A stretch of 64,000 nt of DNA from a virus: the UHGV virus genome UHGV-1455077. One strand, given 5' to 3'. Below are positions 15,547 to 25,395 of the stretch, one piece after another. Below the pieces are notes generated by a model. The model made no database searches and had not been told where the DNA came from. It saw only the letters and a program-made list of their open reading frames with translations. A program made the position numbers and the translations under genes. Numbering within the stretch: the stretch's first letter is position 1; each line of letters starts with the position of its first letter.

Positions 15547-15906
15547 TTAATCCTTATCTTCTTTAATTTCCGAATCCATAATTACTTCTTGAACTTCTTT
15601 CTTTTTCTTTGGCGTTGCAACTTTAATTGTTTGATTTTCAATTAAAGATTCAACAGTTAATTCTTTTAATTCATTTTCAATTTGTTCATTAGCATTAGAA
15701 TCTTTTAAATTAACTTGTGCTTGTTGCATTGTATTAGCATTATAATACTTTTCTAACATTTCTTCACGAGTTTCAATAATTTTTCCACCCTTACCAATTC
15801 TATCTCCACGCCCATTCATATGTGCATTTCCTAATGCAATTGTTTTTTCATTTTTCTTAGCTAAAGAAACCATATCAACTTCTTTACCTCTATAACTTTT
15901 AACCAT
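15547..15906 (-). CDS. hypothetical Lys-rich protein
   Basis: 119-aa ORF. Confidence 0.4.
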   Translation of the reverse strand: MVKSYRGKEVDMVSLAKKNEKTIALGNAHMNGRGDRIGKGGKIIETREEMLEKYYNANTMQQAQVNLKDSNANEQIENELKELTVESLIENQTIKVATPKKKKEVQEVIMDSEIKEDKD

Positions 15907-15915
15907 TTTTTCTCC

Positions 15916-16467
15916 TTATAAATCATATATATTAAATATATCATCAATATTAAAATATTTCAATAACCAAATATTTTTTGATGAAAATATAAAATTATTA
16001 TTTTCTCTTAACAGTTTTTTATCACTATCTAAAGTAATTAATAATGAGTCAGTATTCGGCCCTGTCATTAATTCAATTTCATATTTAGAAAATATTTTAT
16101 CGGGATATTTGTTTTCAATAAATTTTATACATTTATTAGCAAATTCTCTTTTTGTTGTCGAAACATATAAAAAAGTGTTAGTTGGAATGGGATATATCCC
16201 ATATCTTACCCAACCATTATCAAAATCTTCATATGTAAAAGAAAACTCATCATCACTATGTGTTTGTCCATCTTGTAATTCTATTATTTCACCAGATAAA
16301 ACATTATAAAATCCTGCGATTCGGTTAATACCAAATTTTTTTTCAAAAAGATTATAAAATTTTACTTTATTTTTACATCCTGCAATTTTTAATATTGAAT
16401 CAATTTCTCTATTAATTTTAAATTGTTCATCAATTAAAATGTTTCTATTCATTATTGTCCTTATCAA
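15916..16467 (-). CDS. hypothetical protein
   Basis: 183-aa ORF. Confidence 0.4.
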   Translation of the reverse strand: MIRTIMNRNILIDEQFKINREIDSILKIAGCKNKVKFYNLFEKKFGINRIAGFYNVLSGEIIELQDGQTHSDDEFSFTYEDFDNGWVRYGIYPIPTNTFLYVSTTKREFANKCIKFIENKYPDKIFSKYEIELMTGPNTDSLLITLDSDKKLLRENNNFIFSSKNIWLLKYFNIDDIFNIYDL

Positions 16468-16702
16468 ACATTTTACAATGACAATGACCTGTTTTTTCCA
16501 TATCTTCTTGAATGAATATACAAGGACATTTAATATCTTCTAATTCATCAGGTTTATTTTTTTGATATATAGCATATTTACAAGGACAATAACCATCACA
16601 TTTATTAACAGCATCATACATTTTATCAAAAATTTTACCTAACTTATAACCATTTTCATCAGCATAATTTTTATACCATTCTTTTGTATGTAAATCATTC
16701 AT
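16445..16702 (-). CDS. ferredoxin-thioredoxin reductase catalytic-subunit-like (FtrC-like) Cys-rich protein
   Basis: YCPCKYAIYQKNKPDELEDIKCPCIFIQEDMEKTGHCHCKMF matches the FtrC CPC-x16-CPC-x9-CHC-x-LF cluster (compare Synechocystis LCPCRHYEDKEAE...WNCPCVPMRERKECHCMLF). Confidence 0.5.
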   Translation of the reverse strand: MNDLHTKEWYKNYADENGYKLGKIFDKMYDAVNKCDGYCPCKYAIYQKNKPDELEDIKCPCIFIQEDMEKTGHCHCKMFDKDNNE

Positions 16703-17207
16703 TATCTTTTTCCTTTATTTCTAATAAAGAATTTACATCAAAAATAAAACCTTTGCAATATAATTCTCTATTTTCATCATCTTCATCACTTGAATCTTCA
16801 TCAAAAATATTAAACCATATACACGGAATATTTGTTTCATATTCAAATTGAACACCTTGTGGATGTTTAATAGTAATATATGGTAAACATTTATGTCTGC
16901 TATTGTTTATAACCTTCTCAATAGTATCATACAAATCATAAAACTCATCTTCAACATAATTTAACAATTCATCAATTCTGCTTGAAGAAACAAAAGCGTT
17001 GCTATCAGAAAACCAATTTAGCTGTACATTATAAAAACAATCATATTCTTCATTTAAAGCACCAACTAATTCAAATAAATCATCAGAAGCACCAAATGCT
17101 ATGACAACATTATCATTTTTTAATTCATCCATACATTCATAAATAATATCTGTTTGGTCATACTTAAGACCATCAAATTTTTCTTTCCATTTTTGTAATT
17201 TATTCAT
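16695..17207 (-). CDS. hypothetical acidic protein
   Basis: 170-aa ORF. Confidence 0.4.
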   Translation of the reverse strand: MNKLQKWKEKFDGLKYDQTDIIYECMDELKNDNVVIAFGASDDLFELVGALNEEYDCFYNVQLNWFSDSNAFVSSSRIDELLNYVEDEFYDLYDTIEKVINNSRHKCLPYITIKHPQGVQFEYETNIPCIWFNIFDEDSSDEDDENRELYCKGFIFDVNSLLEIKEKDNE

Positions 17208-17940
17208 TTATTCTCTCCTTAGCGATATTAAAATAATTTTCATCTAACTCAATTCCAATGAAATTTCTGTTTAAATTTTTACAAGCTAAACCTGTTGTTC
17301 CACTTCCCATACAGAAATCTAATACTGTATCTCCTTCATTAGTATATGTCTTAATTAAATATTCCATTAATGCTAATGGTTTTTGAGTTGGATGTAAATA
17401 ACAAGTTTGTTTATCACTTTTAAAAATTAAATGATTTCTCGGAAATCTATCTGTATTACCGCCCCCTGAAATTTCTTTAGAGCAATTTCCATAAACAACA
17501 CTTTTATTAACAGTTTTTAAATATTTTGTATATGAATTTATTGGTTTATGCCCATCAGTTTTTTGAGGATTATACATACATTGCTTTTCATAAAACACTA
17601 ATATTTCTTCAATACATCTTAATGGTTGTTTTTTAGCATTAAGAAAACCTGTTGCTTGAGTTTTCTCCCAATACCATTTATACTTAAAATTATCATTTGA
17701 AGAAATTAAATATGATGCGTATGGTTCTTGTGCAAATAACAACATAGGACTTGTTTTATCTGTTAATAAATTTAAACAATTCCACATTGAAGAAATATCA
17801 ATCATTTTATCCCATTTACATTTTTTATTTAATATTTCATACGGCGGGTCAACCATAACAGCATCAACTTTAATTCCTTTATCAATAAGTTGTTGCATTA
17901 CTTCTAAACAATCGCCTTGATATAAATCAATTTGACTCAT
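17200..17940 (-). CDS. beta-class N6-adenine DNA methyltransferase, CcrM-like
   Basis: LYQGDCLEVMQQL...DAVMVDPPY (motif IV near the N-terminus). C-terminal HPTQKPLALMEYLIKTYTNEGDTVLDFCMGSGTTGLACKNLNRNFIGIELDENYFNIAKERI closely parallels the CcrM motif I/FxGxG region. Confidence 0.75.
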   Translation of the reverse strand: MSQIDLYQGDCLEVMQQLIDKGIKVDAVMVDPPYEILNKKCKWDKMIDISSMWNCLNLLTDKTSPMLLFAQEPYASYLISSNDNFKYKWYWEKTQATGFLNAKKQPLRCIEEILVFYEKQCMYNPQKTDGHKPINSYTKYLKTVNKSVVYGNCSKEISGGGNTDRFPRNHLIFKSDKQTCYLHPTQKPLALMEYLIKTYTNEGDTVLDFCMGSGTTGLACKNLNRNFIGIELDENYFNIAKERINE

Positions 17941-18857
17941 ATCATTGCTCCAAATAAAGTATTATAAGCATCATCTAATTCTTTTCTTTTTTGTTTTTCT
18001 TCTTCAGATATTTCTCTTTTAAACCATTCTTCATCAAAAGAAGTTTCCCAAGTATCCGTATCTAAATAAAACATTGGATTCCAATTATAATCTTCTCCAT
18101 ACCGAACATAACCTCGTGGATTAGAAATAACCCGACAATTTCCAATAAGATAATTATTATAATTATGAACGTGTCCGTGAACCCAACATTTAATATTTGG
18201 ATGTTGAATAATAAATCCACCTAAATTAGAAGCATAACCACAATTAACTTTACTATCTTTATAACAAGTTGCTATTGATTGATTAGATGGAGCGTGGTGA
18301 GTAACAATTATAATATCTTTTGTTGGATTTTCTTCAACAGTTTTTTTAATAAATTCAAATGATTCATTAAACATTTGAACGTGATGGTCACCATTCAATC
18401 TTACTAATTTTTCTCCATTAAAATATTTTCCAAGACGGAAATCATTCAATCCTCTTTCAATTAATGATTTACCTCTATATGTTGGAATACCATTTAAATG
18501 GCAATTAGTATATAAAGTTGACCCAATAATCATAATATTACTATCAATAAAAGTATACACATCATTATCCAGAAATCTTATTGTACAACTTTCTGGAAAA
18601 TATTGACGAAGGTCTGCTTTTAAATCTTGTACAGATAATCCATAATTATTATATACTAAATGATTGCCAGCAACTAAAATACCATAAGGACAATTATCTT
18701 TTATCCAATCTATATAATCACGATAATGACCAGCAGTATCGCCTGCAATAAGTGTAAAAGTACCTCTATCTTTATTAGGTAACATTAATGGGTAATCTTG
18801 GTTTACATCTAAATGTAAATCACTAATTATTCTTATTTTCATTAAAATAAACTCCAT
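17937..18857 (-). CDS. calcineurin-like metallophosphoesterase
   Basis: ISDLHLD, GDTAGH, AGNHL, VTHHAP metal-binding motifs. Confidence 0.6.
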   Translation of the reverse strand: MEFILMKIRIISDLHLDVNQDYPLMLPNKDRGTFTLIAGDTAGHYRDYIDWIKDNCPYGILVAGNHLVYNNYGLSVQDLKADLRQYFPESCTIRFLDNDVYTFIDSNIMIIGSTLYTNCHLNGIPTYRGKSLIERGLNDFRLGKYFNGEKLVRLNGDHHVQMFNESFEFIKKTVEENPTKDIIIVTHHAPSNQSIATCYKDSKVNCGYASNLGGFIIQHPNIKCWVHGHVHNYNNYLIGNCRVISNPRGYVRYGEDYNWNPMFYLDTDTWETSFDEEWFKREISEEEKQKRKELDDAYNTLFGAMI

Positions 18858-19033
18858 ACAATAATAAAAATGATGATGAATAAGATAATTCTTTCCCAGT
18901 CTAATTCATCATCAAATGAATCAAATTTTCCTAATTCAATATGGAAATCTGGTTCGTCATCATCTAACATTCAATCACCATAATATATAATTTAATTTTT
19001 AATGTCAAAATATTTTTTATATTTGTTAATTAT

Positions 19034-19711
19034 CTATTTTACCAATTTTATTACATTTTCTTTAAGTTTTTCAATTGTATCGTTATTTTTAATAATATAT
19101 TTTGGATTATCATATCCGACCCATTTCCATTCAGATTCGTGAATATTTTCAAGTTTTTTCCAAAGTTCTTCTGTCATCCAATTATCCCAAGCTTTTGAAT
19201 TTTTTCCCCAATCTTCAACTTCTTTGAACCATTCAGGTAATTTACCACGTTCTACACGCCATATTTCACCACCGATATTTCTAATCATATCAATTTCATT
19301 TGGAAAACGGACATCAGTAATAACAACATTTTTATTAGTTTCCATAATTTTTCTTTCAAGACAATCAACCCAAATATTTTGATGTAATTGATTTCTTAAA
19401 AGATTTGTTCCTAAAAATTGTAATGCATATCTTGGAGTAAAATCTTTACTCATTTTATTTGACCAAAATTTATCAGGTTGTTCTCTTATAAGTCTATCTT
19501 CTGGAGTTTCACCTGCAAGCATTTTTCTATCAAAACCAAATAATAAAGATGTTACATCTTTTAAATGACTGGCAAAAGACATTTTTTCCCAGTTGGAGAT
19601 ATTACCAACAATAATATCTCCAATTGTATCTTTACCCGAACCTGCTAAACCACAAATACCAATAATTTTTTTATTCATTATTTTCCTCATTTGTTTGTTC
19701 ATACATTTCAT
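19034..19711 (-). CDS. P-loop kinase, deoxynucleoside monophosphate kinase-like (T4 gp1-like)
   Basis: GICGLAGSGKDT P-loop, as in T4 dNMP kinase GVKRSGKDT. Confidence 0.5.
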   Translation of the reverse strand: MKCMNKQMRKIMNKKIIGICGLAGSGKDTIGDIIVGNISNWEKMSFASHLKDVTSLLFGFDRKMLAGETPEDRLIREQPDKFWSNKMSKDFTPRYALQFLGTNLLRNQLHQNIWVDCLERKIMETNKNVVITDVRFPNEIDMIRNIGGEIWRVERGKLPEWFKEVEDWGKNSKAWDNWMTEELWKKLENIHESEWKWVGYDNPKYIIKNNDTIEKLKENVIKLVK

Positions 19712-20573
19712 TCATAACTCTTGTATCAATTACTATTGAAAAATCATCTAAAGGTGTAAGCCAGCTTGATTGTGGAATAACACAAATAATGTCATTAACT
19801 TTAAAACCTAATTTAAAATTAATTAAAACAACAAAGTCTTTACGGTCAACTCTTTGTATTGAAAGAGCAATATTTTCAGGGTCAAAATTATCATATACAA
19901 CTTTAATAATATTATTTAAGTTTTTCTTTGTTAATTCATCATTATATTCAACCCATTTACAATTTGTTAAAGAATAAATTTCTTTCATAATTGTTGGCAA
20001 TTGTTTTTTCATTTTTTTATTCAAATATTTAATAAGAAATCTTGTTTTAACTCGATTATCTTGATAATATTTTGGTAAATTATTAAAATATTCATTATAT
20101 TCATTTTGATTTTTATTAATAAAATCATCTAATGCAAAATCATTTACATCAATATATTTGTTTTTATCTTTTGATTCTCTACATTCAGAATAAGCAATTT
20201 TACTATTTAAATCAATAATTTGGTTAACGACTTTATTATATTCATTTTTAGTATCATTTCTGACATCATCTATAACATTTTTTCTAATGACTGGTTTTTT
20301 CTTTAACTGATGTTTGCTAAAGAATAATTTAATTTTATCTAAAAGTTGTTTAGTTTTTTGAACTTTTTTAATTTTTTTAATTGTATGATTTTCAATAGCT
20401 TTATTTAATGATTTTTGAATACCAATTAATTCATCATCCGTAATATCCATTGGATGAACACCGCTGATATAAAGAATTTCACCAAGTTCATCCATAAGTT
20501 GTTTTTCATTTTTTTTAAACATCTTATCTGCCAGTTTTTTATTATTTTTATTAAAAAATTTAAACATTTCCAT
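19671..20573 (-). CDS. hypothetical protein
   Basis: 300-aa ORF. Confidence 0.4.
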   Translation of the reverse strand: MEMFKFFNKNNKKLADKMFKKNEKQLMDELGEILYISGVHPMDITDDELIGIQKSLNKAIENHTIKKIKKVQKTKQLLDKIKLFFSKHQLKKKPVIRKNVIDDVRNDTKNEYNKVVNQIIDLNSKIAYSECRESKDKNKYIDVNDFALDDFINKNQNEYNEYFNNLPKYYQDNRVKTRFLIKYLNKKMKKQLPTIMKEIYSLTNCKWVEYNDELTKKNLNNIIKVVYDNFDPENIALSIQRVDRKDFVVLINFKLGFKVNDIICVIPQSSWLTPLDDFSIVIDTRVMNEMYEQTNEENNE

Positions 20574-20592
20574 CTCCTAAATAATTTTTATA

Positions 20593-20665
20593 TAGGCGAA
20601 GTGGGATTTGAACCCACAAAATTTAGATTTTGAATCTAACACGTATGCCATTCCGTCATTCGCCC
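20593..20665 (-). tRNA. tRNA, anticodon CAA, class I (short variable arm); identity uncertain (Leu-decoding anticodon on a non-Leu scaffold)
   Basis: GGGCGAA...TTCGCCT acceptor. Anticodon stem TTAGA/TCTAA, loop TTCAAAA. T-arm GTGGG-TTCAAAT-CCCAC. 5-nt variable loop. No encoded CCA. Confidence 0.5.
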
Positions 20666-20714
20666 AATTAGTTTATTTAGTATATCTTAAATATAAAATT
20701 AAAACAAAATATTT

Positions 20715-23700
20715 TTATTCCATAAATTTAATTGTTTTTTCAATAAAATCTATTTCTTTCTGATTTAAATTATATTTTTCATATAATTCTTTATCTGTCC
20801 AAGATTTAGAAAAATCAAGCCAAGGTACAAACTGAAAATTATTTGTAGAAATATTCATTCCTGATAACGTTTGTAAAATTAAAAATCTGACAAATTTTGT
20901 TCTTAAATATGTATATATATTCTCTGTTTCTTGATATGTATCAGTAGGACAAATAATTAAATATGATTGATTGCATATTTGATTGGGTTTTAAAATTTCC
21001 ATTCTGCTTAAAACTCTATACATACTATTTCTATCAGGATTACCTGCGTGTTCACAAGATAATTTTGAAATTAAAACTTTAAATTTGTTAATAAAATTTT
21101 TACCTTTCTGTATTTTATTTTTTTCAACATAACCCCAACCAGAGCTACTTAAAATTTCACAATCATCTGGTAATACTTTATCTTCTGTTCCTTTAAATGT
21201 TGATAAAAATCCAAAAGGAGTTTGAGGACTGCAACCACCGTCTTTTGATAAAAAAGAATTACTTTTTGAAACAACTTTATGAACAATAGATAACGCTTCA
21301 TTACGGCGGATTAATATATTAAATTCATTCAATTTTCGAGTAGTTTTTTGTACACCATCTTTTATGACACTAGAAAATTCACATAAACCATTATATTTAC
21401 TATCCCTTAAAAAATAACATATTCCGCCATTGATGTCAACATTAGGAAAGCAAATTTTAGAATCTATAAAATCAACAATATTTTTGATTCTTGTATCAGA
21501 TAGCATTTTTTTTCGAAAATCATTTAATCCTACACCACCAGAAAACCAACGAGCAGGAATAATCATTATTAAATATCTTGGGTTCAATTTTATGGCGTGT
21601 TCAACGAACTTATTATAAAGAGGGATAGCTCCTAATCCTTTGCCTTGTTCATTAACTTGTAATTGATATGGTGGATTTGTAATAATGGTAGTAAAATCTG
21701 TTTTATCCCAATAATCAAATGTTAACGCATCACCATTATGTAAATGTGATTTGATAACTGTTAAAAATTTATCTTCATCAAAATTAACATTATTTTTCTG
21801 ATAAATTTTTCTAACCATATTACACATATTAGCCAGAGTTAAAATATAATTCTTTTCTTGTAATTCAACCCCATAAAGTTGATTAGTTATGATATGATTT
21901 ACACGCTCTATTTCATTAGGAATTTTATTTTCTAATGATTTCATTATTCGTTCAAGCAATAATTGTAAAAATATTCCACTACCACAACACGGTTCAAGAT
22001 ATGTTGAATTTTCATTTTCTAAACAATCTTGTGGTATTAAATCAATCATATTATTTGCTAACCATTCAGGTGTAAACACTTCTCCAAATTCTTTAATAGC
22101 ATTGTTTTCCATTATAATCCTTTTTAAAGCATAGTATTCTTGTGTTCCCCACGTTTTTACTAATGCATTATTTATATGATTTAATTTATTTATAAATTCA
22201 GTTGAATCTATAATTTTATCAATGTTATTAATAATATCTGAAAAACTTTCACTATTTTTATATGATTCTTTTGGAAACCAAACATTATATAATAATTTAT
22301 TATTAAATGGCTGATTTAAAAAATCATTTATACCTGTTACAATCCCTTTTTCTTGAACCAATAAAAGGTCATCAATATTCATAGTAATTAAAATCATAGA
22401 ACAATATGATAAAAGCATATCAAGTAACTTTTTAGCTTGCTCAATATCTTTTTCTGTTAAAATTCTATTTTCATTTGAAACTTCAATAGACTTATCTTGT
22501 CTATTATTATTTTCAATACTAATAACATCAATGCCGTTAGTATACTTTATTTTTGGTTCAAATACATTATTATTTTTCTTTTTAGTAAAAAATTCAAATG
22601 TAAAGTCTTTTAAACTTCCAAATTGTTTAAATACTATGTCATTTGTTAATGAATCAAACAAGTGTTGAATACATTTCGGGCTATAATATGCATCCATCAT
22701 TTGATTAATAAGTTTTGTTTCATCAATCATATTAATTTCTTGATACTGAATTTCCATACAAGTTGAAAGCAAATATTTTAATTCTCTATTATTTTTTGTA
22801 AAATTTCCATTACCATTTGAAGCAATAGATATATTCGCCATTTGAAGAAATCTTTCTTTTAATGGGTCAATAAAAAAAGTAATATGCTGATATTTTCCAT
22901 CATTGTTTTTAAATGCTTGGCGAACTCTCCCCATACATTGCATATAGTTTGAAAATGATTTTGAATCATTCATCATAATAATAGCGTGATTTTTTTTAAT
23001 AGTTGTTCCAATTGTGCATTGTTTTACTGTACAGAAAAATTTTATTCTTCCATTAAAACAATCAAAAAAATTATTAACTCTATCAATTGCTTTTAAATCA
23101 ATTTGATTACTTAATTCTTCCATTATATCTTTATTTGTACAAGAAAAATCAACATCAACACCATAATTTTCTAATTTTTGCAAGCATTTAACAATTAATG
23201 CTAATTCTTCACAATTATTACAAATCATTTGAATATTGGTTGGATATTGAATTGATGGCTCATCATTAAAAATCGTTTTATTATTAAAATGATTACGAAT
23301 AATTTTTTTAAAACCATCAATTTTAATACCTTTCTTTAATGTATTAATTAAAGAAGTTAAAGTTTTTTCAAGATGGATAGGATTTGCAACCATTTCAGAA
23401 ATTGAATTATATTGAACATCAATAGCATTTGTTTCTGGTTGAAACAAACAAGAAATAACTGTTGGATTATTGTAATAATCCATATTACCATTACAAATAT
23501 CATTCAATCTATCAATTTCATCAAACATATAACCATTTTTACCATATAATGAATTTGTATATGGTGTTGCCGAACATAAAATTAATTTACAATCTTTTGG
23601 TAATAAATTAATAATTTTTTGTTGTTTTTCTGAACCATAAGCCAAATGAGCTTCATCATAAACAAATAAATTTGTTTGTTCATAGATTGTTTTAGCTTGT

Positions 23701-24743
23701 GCTTTAATTGATGAATTATAGCTATATTGAACTGACAAAAATACAACATTTAATTTATCTAAACATAATTTAATTTTTTTATCTAAGTTAGTACAAATAT
23801 TAATTTTATCAGGAGAAAAAATCTTTCTAAAATCTTCAATTACACCATTATAAATTTCAGGAATAAAACATTGATAAACTATTGTTTTTCCTTTATAGTT
23901 TTCACCAAAATATCTTTTAATAATTTCTGCACAGATAATTGTTTTTCCTGAACGACAAGGCATATTTAATAACACACTTTTATTACCATTTTGTAAAAGT
24001 TTTAAAATAGTTGTTACGGCTTCTTCTTGTCTTAATCTTAATTTAATAGGTGAATTATTTATGTATATAGTATTGAATACTTTTTCAACATCTCCATATT
24101 CATCAATTATTTTTTGAGCTTTAACATAATACATATTAAAGTCAATAAGTTTAATTGATGAATTATATATTTCATTTTTTGTAATATATTGCTTATTAAT
24201 TTTTCTCATATCTAAAAATACAATAGATAAATCAAAAACATCATTTGTTTCGATACAAGATTTCATTAACTCTAAAATATTAATAGGTAATGATGTAAAA
24301 ATAAGTCCGTGTCTTGTAACATTTAATACATTAGAATATTTTTTCAATTCAGCAGAAATTTCACTATGAGTTACAGAAAGTGTGGATTTACTTTTGCTTA
24401 AAATATTAATTTTTGATGAACCAATGTACCACTCATTTTCAATTAAAAATGATATATCACCATTATGACTACCTGAACAAGGTATTGGTTTATAAATTTT
24501 TTCAATCTTTCCATTAGTTGTAATGGTTTTGATATTTTTATGATTAATTGTAAACACATCTTTAAAAAGTTTCTCAAAAAATTTTCCTGCCAAACCTTTA
24601 TTAGAATTGTATTTACATAATTCTTCAATAATATCAATTAATGTATATAAGTCATTTTTTAAAATAAGTTGAATTAATTTATATTGTGTTGTTTCATCTG
24701 TATTTTTTTTGATATATTGTTTTATATCATTAATAGTTAACAT
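20715..24743 (-). CDS. SF2 helicase / gamma-class N6-adenine methyltransferase fusion protein (Type ISP-like single-polypeptide restriction-modification enzyme, or DarB-like anti-restriction methyltransferase-helicase)
   Basis: 1342 aa. Walker A LLNMPCRSGKT, motif II LFVYDEAHLA (DEAH), motif III CSATP, motif VI QCMGRVRQ. Methyltransferase motif X GEVFTPEWL, motif I YLEPCCGSGIFL, motif IV IITNPPYQ. About 170-aa N-terminal and about 250-aa C-terminal domains unassigned. Confidence 0.7.
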   Translation of the reverse strand: MLTINDIKQYIKKNTDETTQYKLIQLILKNDLYTLIDIIEELCKYNSNKGLAGKFFEKLFKDVFTINHKNIKTITTNGKIEKIYKPIPCSGSHNGDISFLIENEWYIGSSKINILSKSKSTLSVTHSEISAELKKYSNVLNVTRHGLIFTSLPINILELMKSCIETNDVFDLSIVFLDMRKINKQYITKNEIYNSSIKLIDFNMYYVKAQKIIDEYGDVEKVFNTIYINNSPIKLRLRQEEAVTTILKLLQNGNKSVLLNMPCRSGKTIICAEIIKRYFGENYKGKTIVYQCFIPEIYNGVIEDFRKIFSPDKINICTNLDKKIKLCLDKLNVVFLSVQYSYNSSIKAQAKTIYEQTNLFVYDEAHLAYGSEKQQKIINLLPKDCKLILCSATPYTNSLYGKNGYMFDEIDRLNDICNGNMDYYNNPTVISCLFQPETNAIDVQYNSISEMVANPIHLEKTLTSLINTLKKGIKIDGFKKIIRNHFNNKTIFNDEPSIQYPTNIQMICNNCEELALIVKCLQKLENYGVDVDFSCTNKDIMEELSNQIDLKAIDRVNNFFDCFNGRIKFFCTVKQCTIGTTIKKNHAIIMMNDSKSFSNYMQCMGRVRQAFKNNDGKYQHITFFIDPLKERFLQMANISIASNGNGNFTKNNRELKYLLSTCMEIQYQEINMIDETKLINQMMDAYYSPKCIQHLFDSLTNDIVFKQFGSLKDFTFEFFTKKKNNNVFEPKIKYTNGIDVISIENNNRQDKSIEVSNENRILTEKDIEQAKKLLDMLLSYCSMILITMNIDDLLLVQEKGIVTGINDFLNQPFNNKLLYNVWFPKESYKNSESFSDIINNIDKIIDSTEFINKLNHINNALVKTWGTQEYYALKRIIMENNAIKEFGEVFTPEWLANNMIDLIPQDCLENENSTYLEPCCGSGIFLQLLLERIMKSLENKIPNEIERVNHIITNQLYGVELQEKNYILTLANMCNMVRKIYQKNNVNFDEDKFLTVIKSHLHNGDALTFDYWDKTDFTTIITNPPYQLQVNEQGKGLGAIPLYNKFVEHAIKLNPRYLIMIIPARWFSGGVGLNDFRKKMLSDTRIKNIVDFIDSKICFPNVDINGGICYFLRDSKYNGLCEFSSVIKDGVQKTTRKLNEFNILIRRNEALSIVHKVVSKSNSFLSKDGGCSPQTPFGFLSTFKGTEDKVLPDDCEILSSSGWGYVEKNKIQKGKNFINKFKVLISKLSCEHAGNPDRNSMYRVLSRMEILKPNQICNQSYLIICPTDTYQETENIYTYLRTKFVRFLILQTLSGMNISTNNFQFVPWLDFSKSWTDKELYEKYNLNQKEIDFIEKTIKFME

Positions 24744-24858
24744 TTGTAATATCCTTTTTTATTTTAAAATATCATAACATTTTTTTGAATATTTGCAAGC
24801 ATTTTTTATAAAAAAATAGATATATTCACATTTAATATGCAAATATATCTATTCTTAT

Positions 24859-24945
24859 TGGTGGGCTTGGTGGGACTCGAACCCACAAGAGAATACTCCC
24901 GACAGATTTTAAGTCTGTTGCGTATACCAATTCCGCCACAAGCCC
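24859..24945 (-). tRNA. tRNA-Leu (anticodon TAA), class II, CCA encoded
   Basis: GGGCTTGTGGCGGAATTGGTA...ACAGA-CTTAAAA-TCTGT, long variable arm, GGGTTCGAGTCCCAC, CCAAGCCCACCA. Confidence 0.7.
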
Positions 24946-24957
24946 AATGTTTATTAT

Positions 24958-25045
24958 TGGTGGGCATACCGAGAGTCGAACTCGGATGGAGATTACCCCC
25001 GTCAGATTTTAAGTCTGATGCGTCTACCAATTCCGCCATACGCCC
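24958..25045 (-). tRNA. tRNA-Leu (anticodon TAA), second copy with divergent sequence, class II, CCA encoded
   Basis: GGGCGTATGGCGGAATTGGTAGACGCATCAGA-CTTAAAA-TCTGA, long variable arm, GAGTTCGACTCTCGGTATGCCCACCA. Confidence 0.65.
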
Positions 25046-25097
25046 AATTATTTTTTATGAATATATTTATATCATTTATTTTAAATAATGTCAACAA

Positions 25098-25349
25098 TTA
25101 TTTTTTACTATTTGCTAATTTATTTAAAAATTTCATCAATTGTTTTTTATCACAATCTAACAAATCATCAATATTTTTATAACCCATATGATTTAATAAA
25201 TCGTGATAACATCCTTCACAAACTTCAATACCAAAAAGATTAAACATATTTTCGTCATCATCTTCTGGACATAAAAAACATTTTCCAGTTTTATTTAAAT
25301 CATCTTTTTCATATGCAGTCTTTTTAAATTTATTTAAAAAATTAAACAT
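25098..25349 (-). CDS. small zinc-ribbon-like protein
   Basis: CFLCP...CEGCYHD Cys4-like pattern. Confidence 0.4.
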   Translation of the reverse strand: MFNFLNKFKKTAYEKDDLNKTGKCFLCPEDDDENMFNLFGIEVCEGCYHDLLNHMGYKNIDDLLDCDKKQLMKFLNKLANSKK

Positions 25350-25395
25350 TAATTTCTCCTAATTATATAAAAATCTCCATAATTTGTATATGGAG

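Noticed and set aside
13416-21618. Nested small ORFs (13416..13619, 16109..16309, 19789..19977, 21430..21618)
   Set aside because: All lie within or antisense to longer ORFs with clear homology or coding character.
24806-25088. ORFs 24806..25039 (-) and 24837..25088 (+)
   Set aside because: Both overlap the two tRNA-Leu genes. They are spurious ORFs created by GC-richer tRNA sequence.
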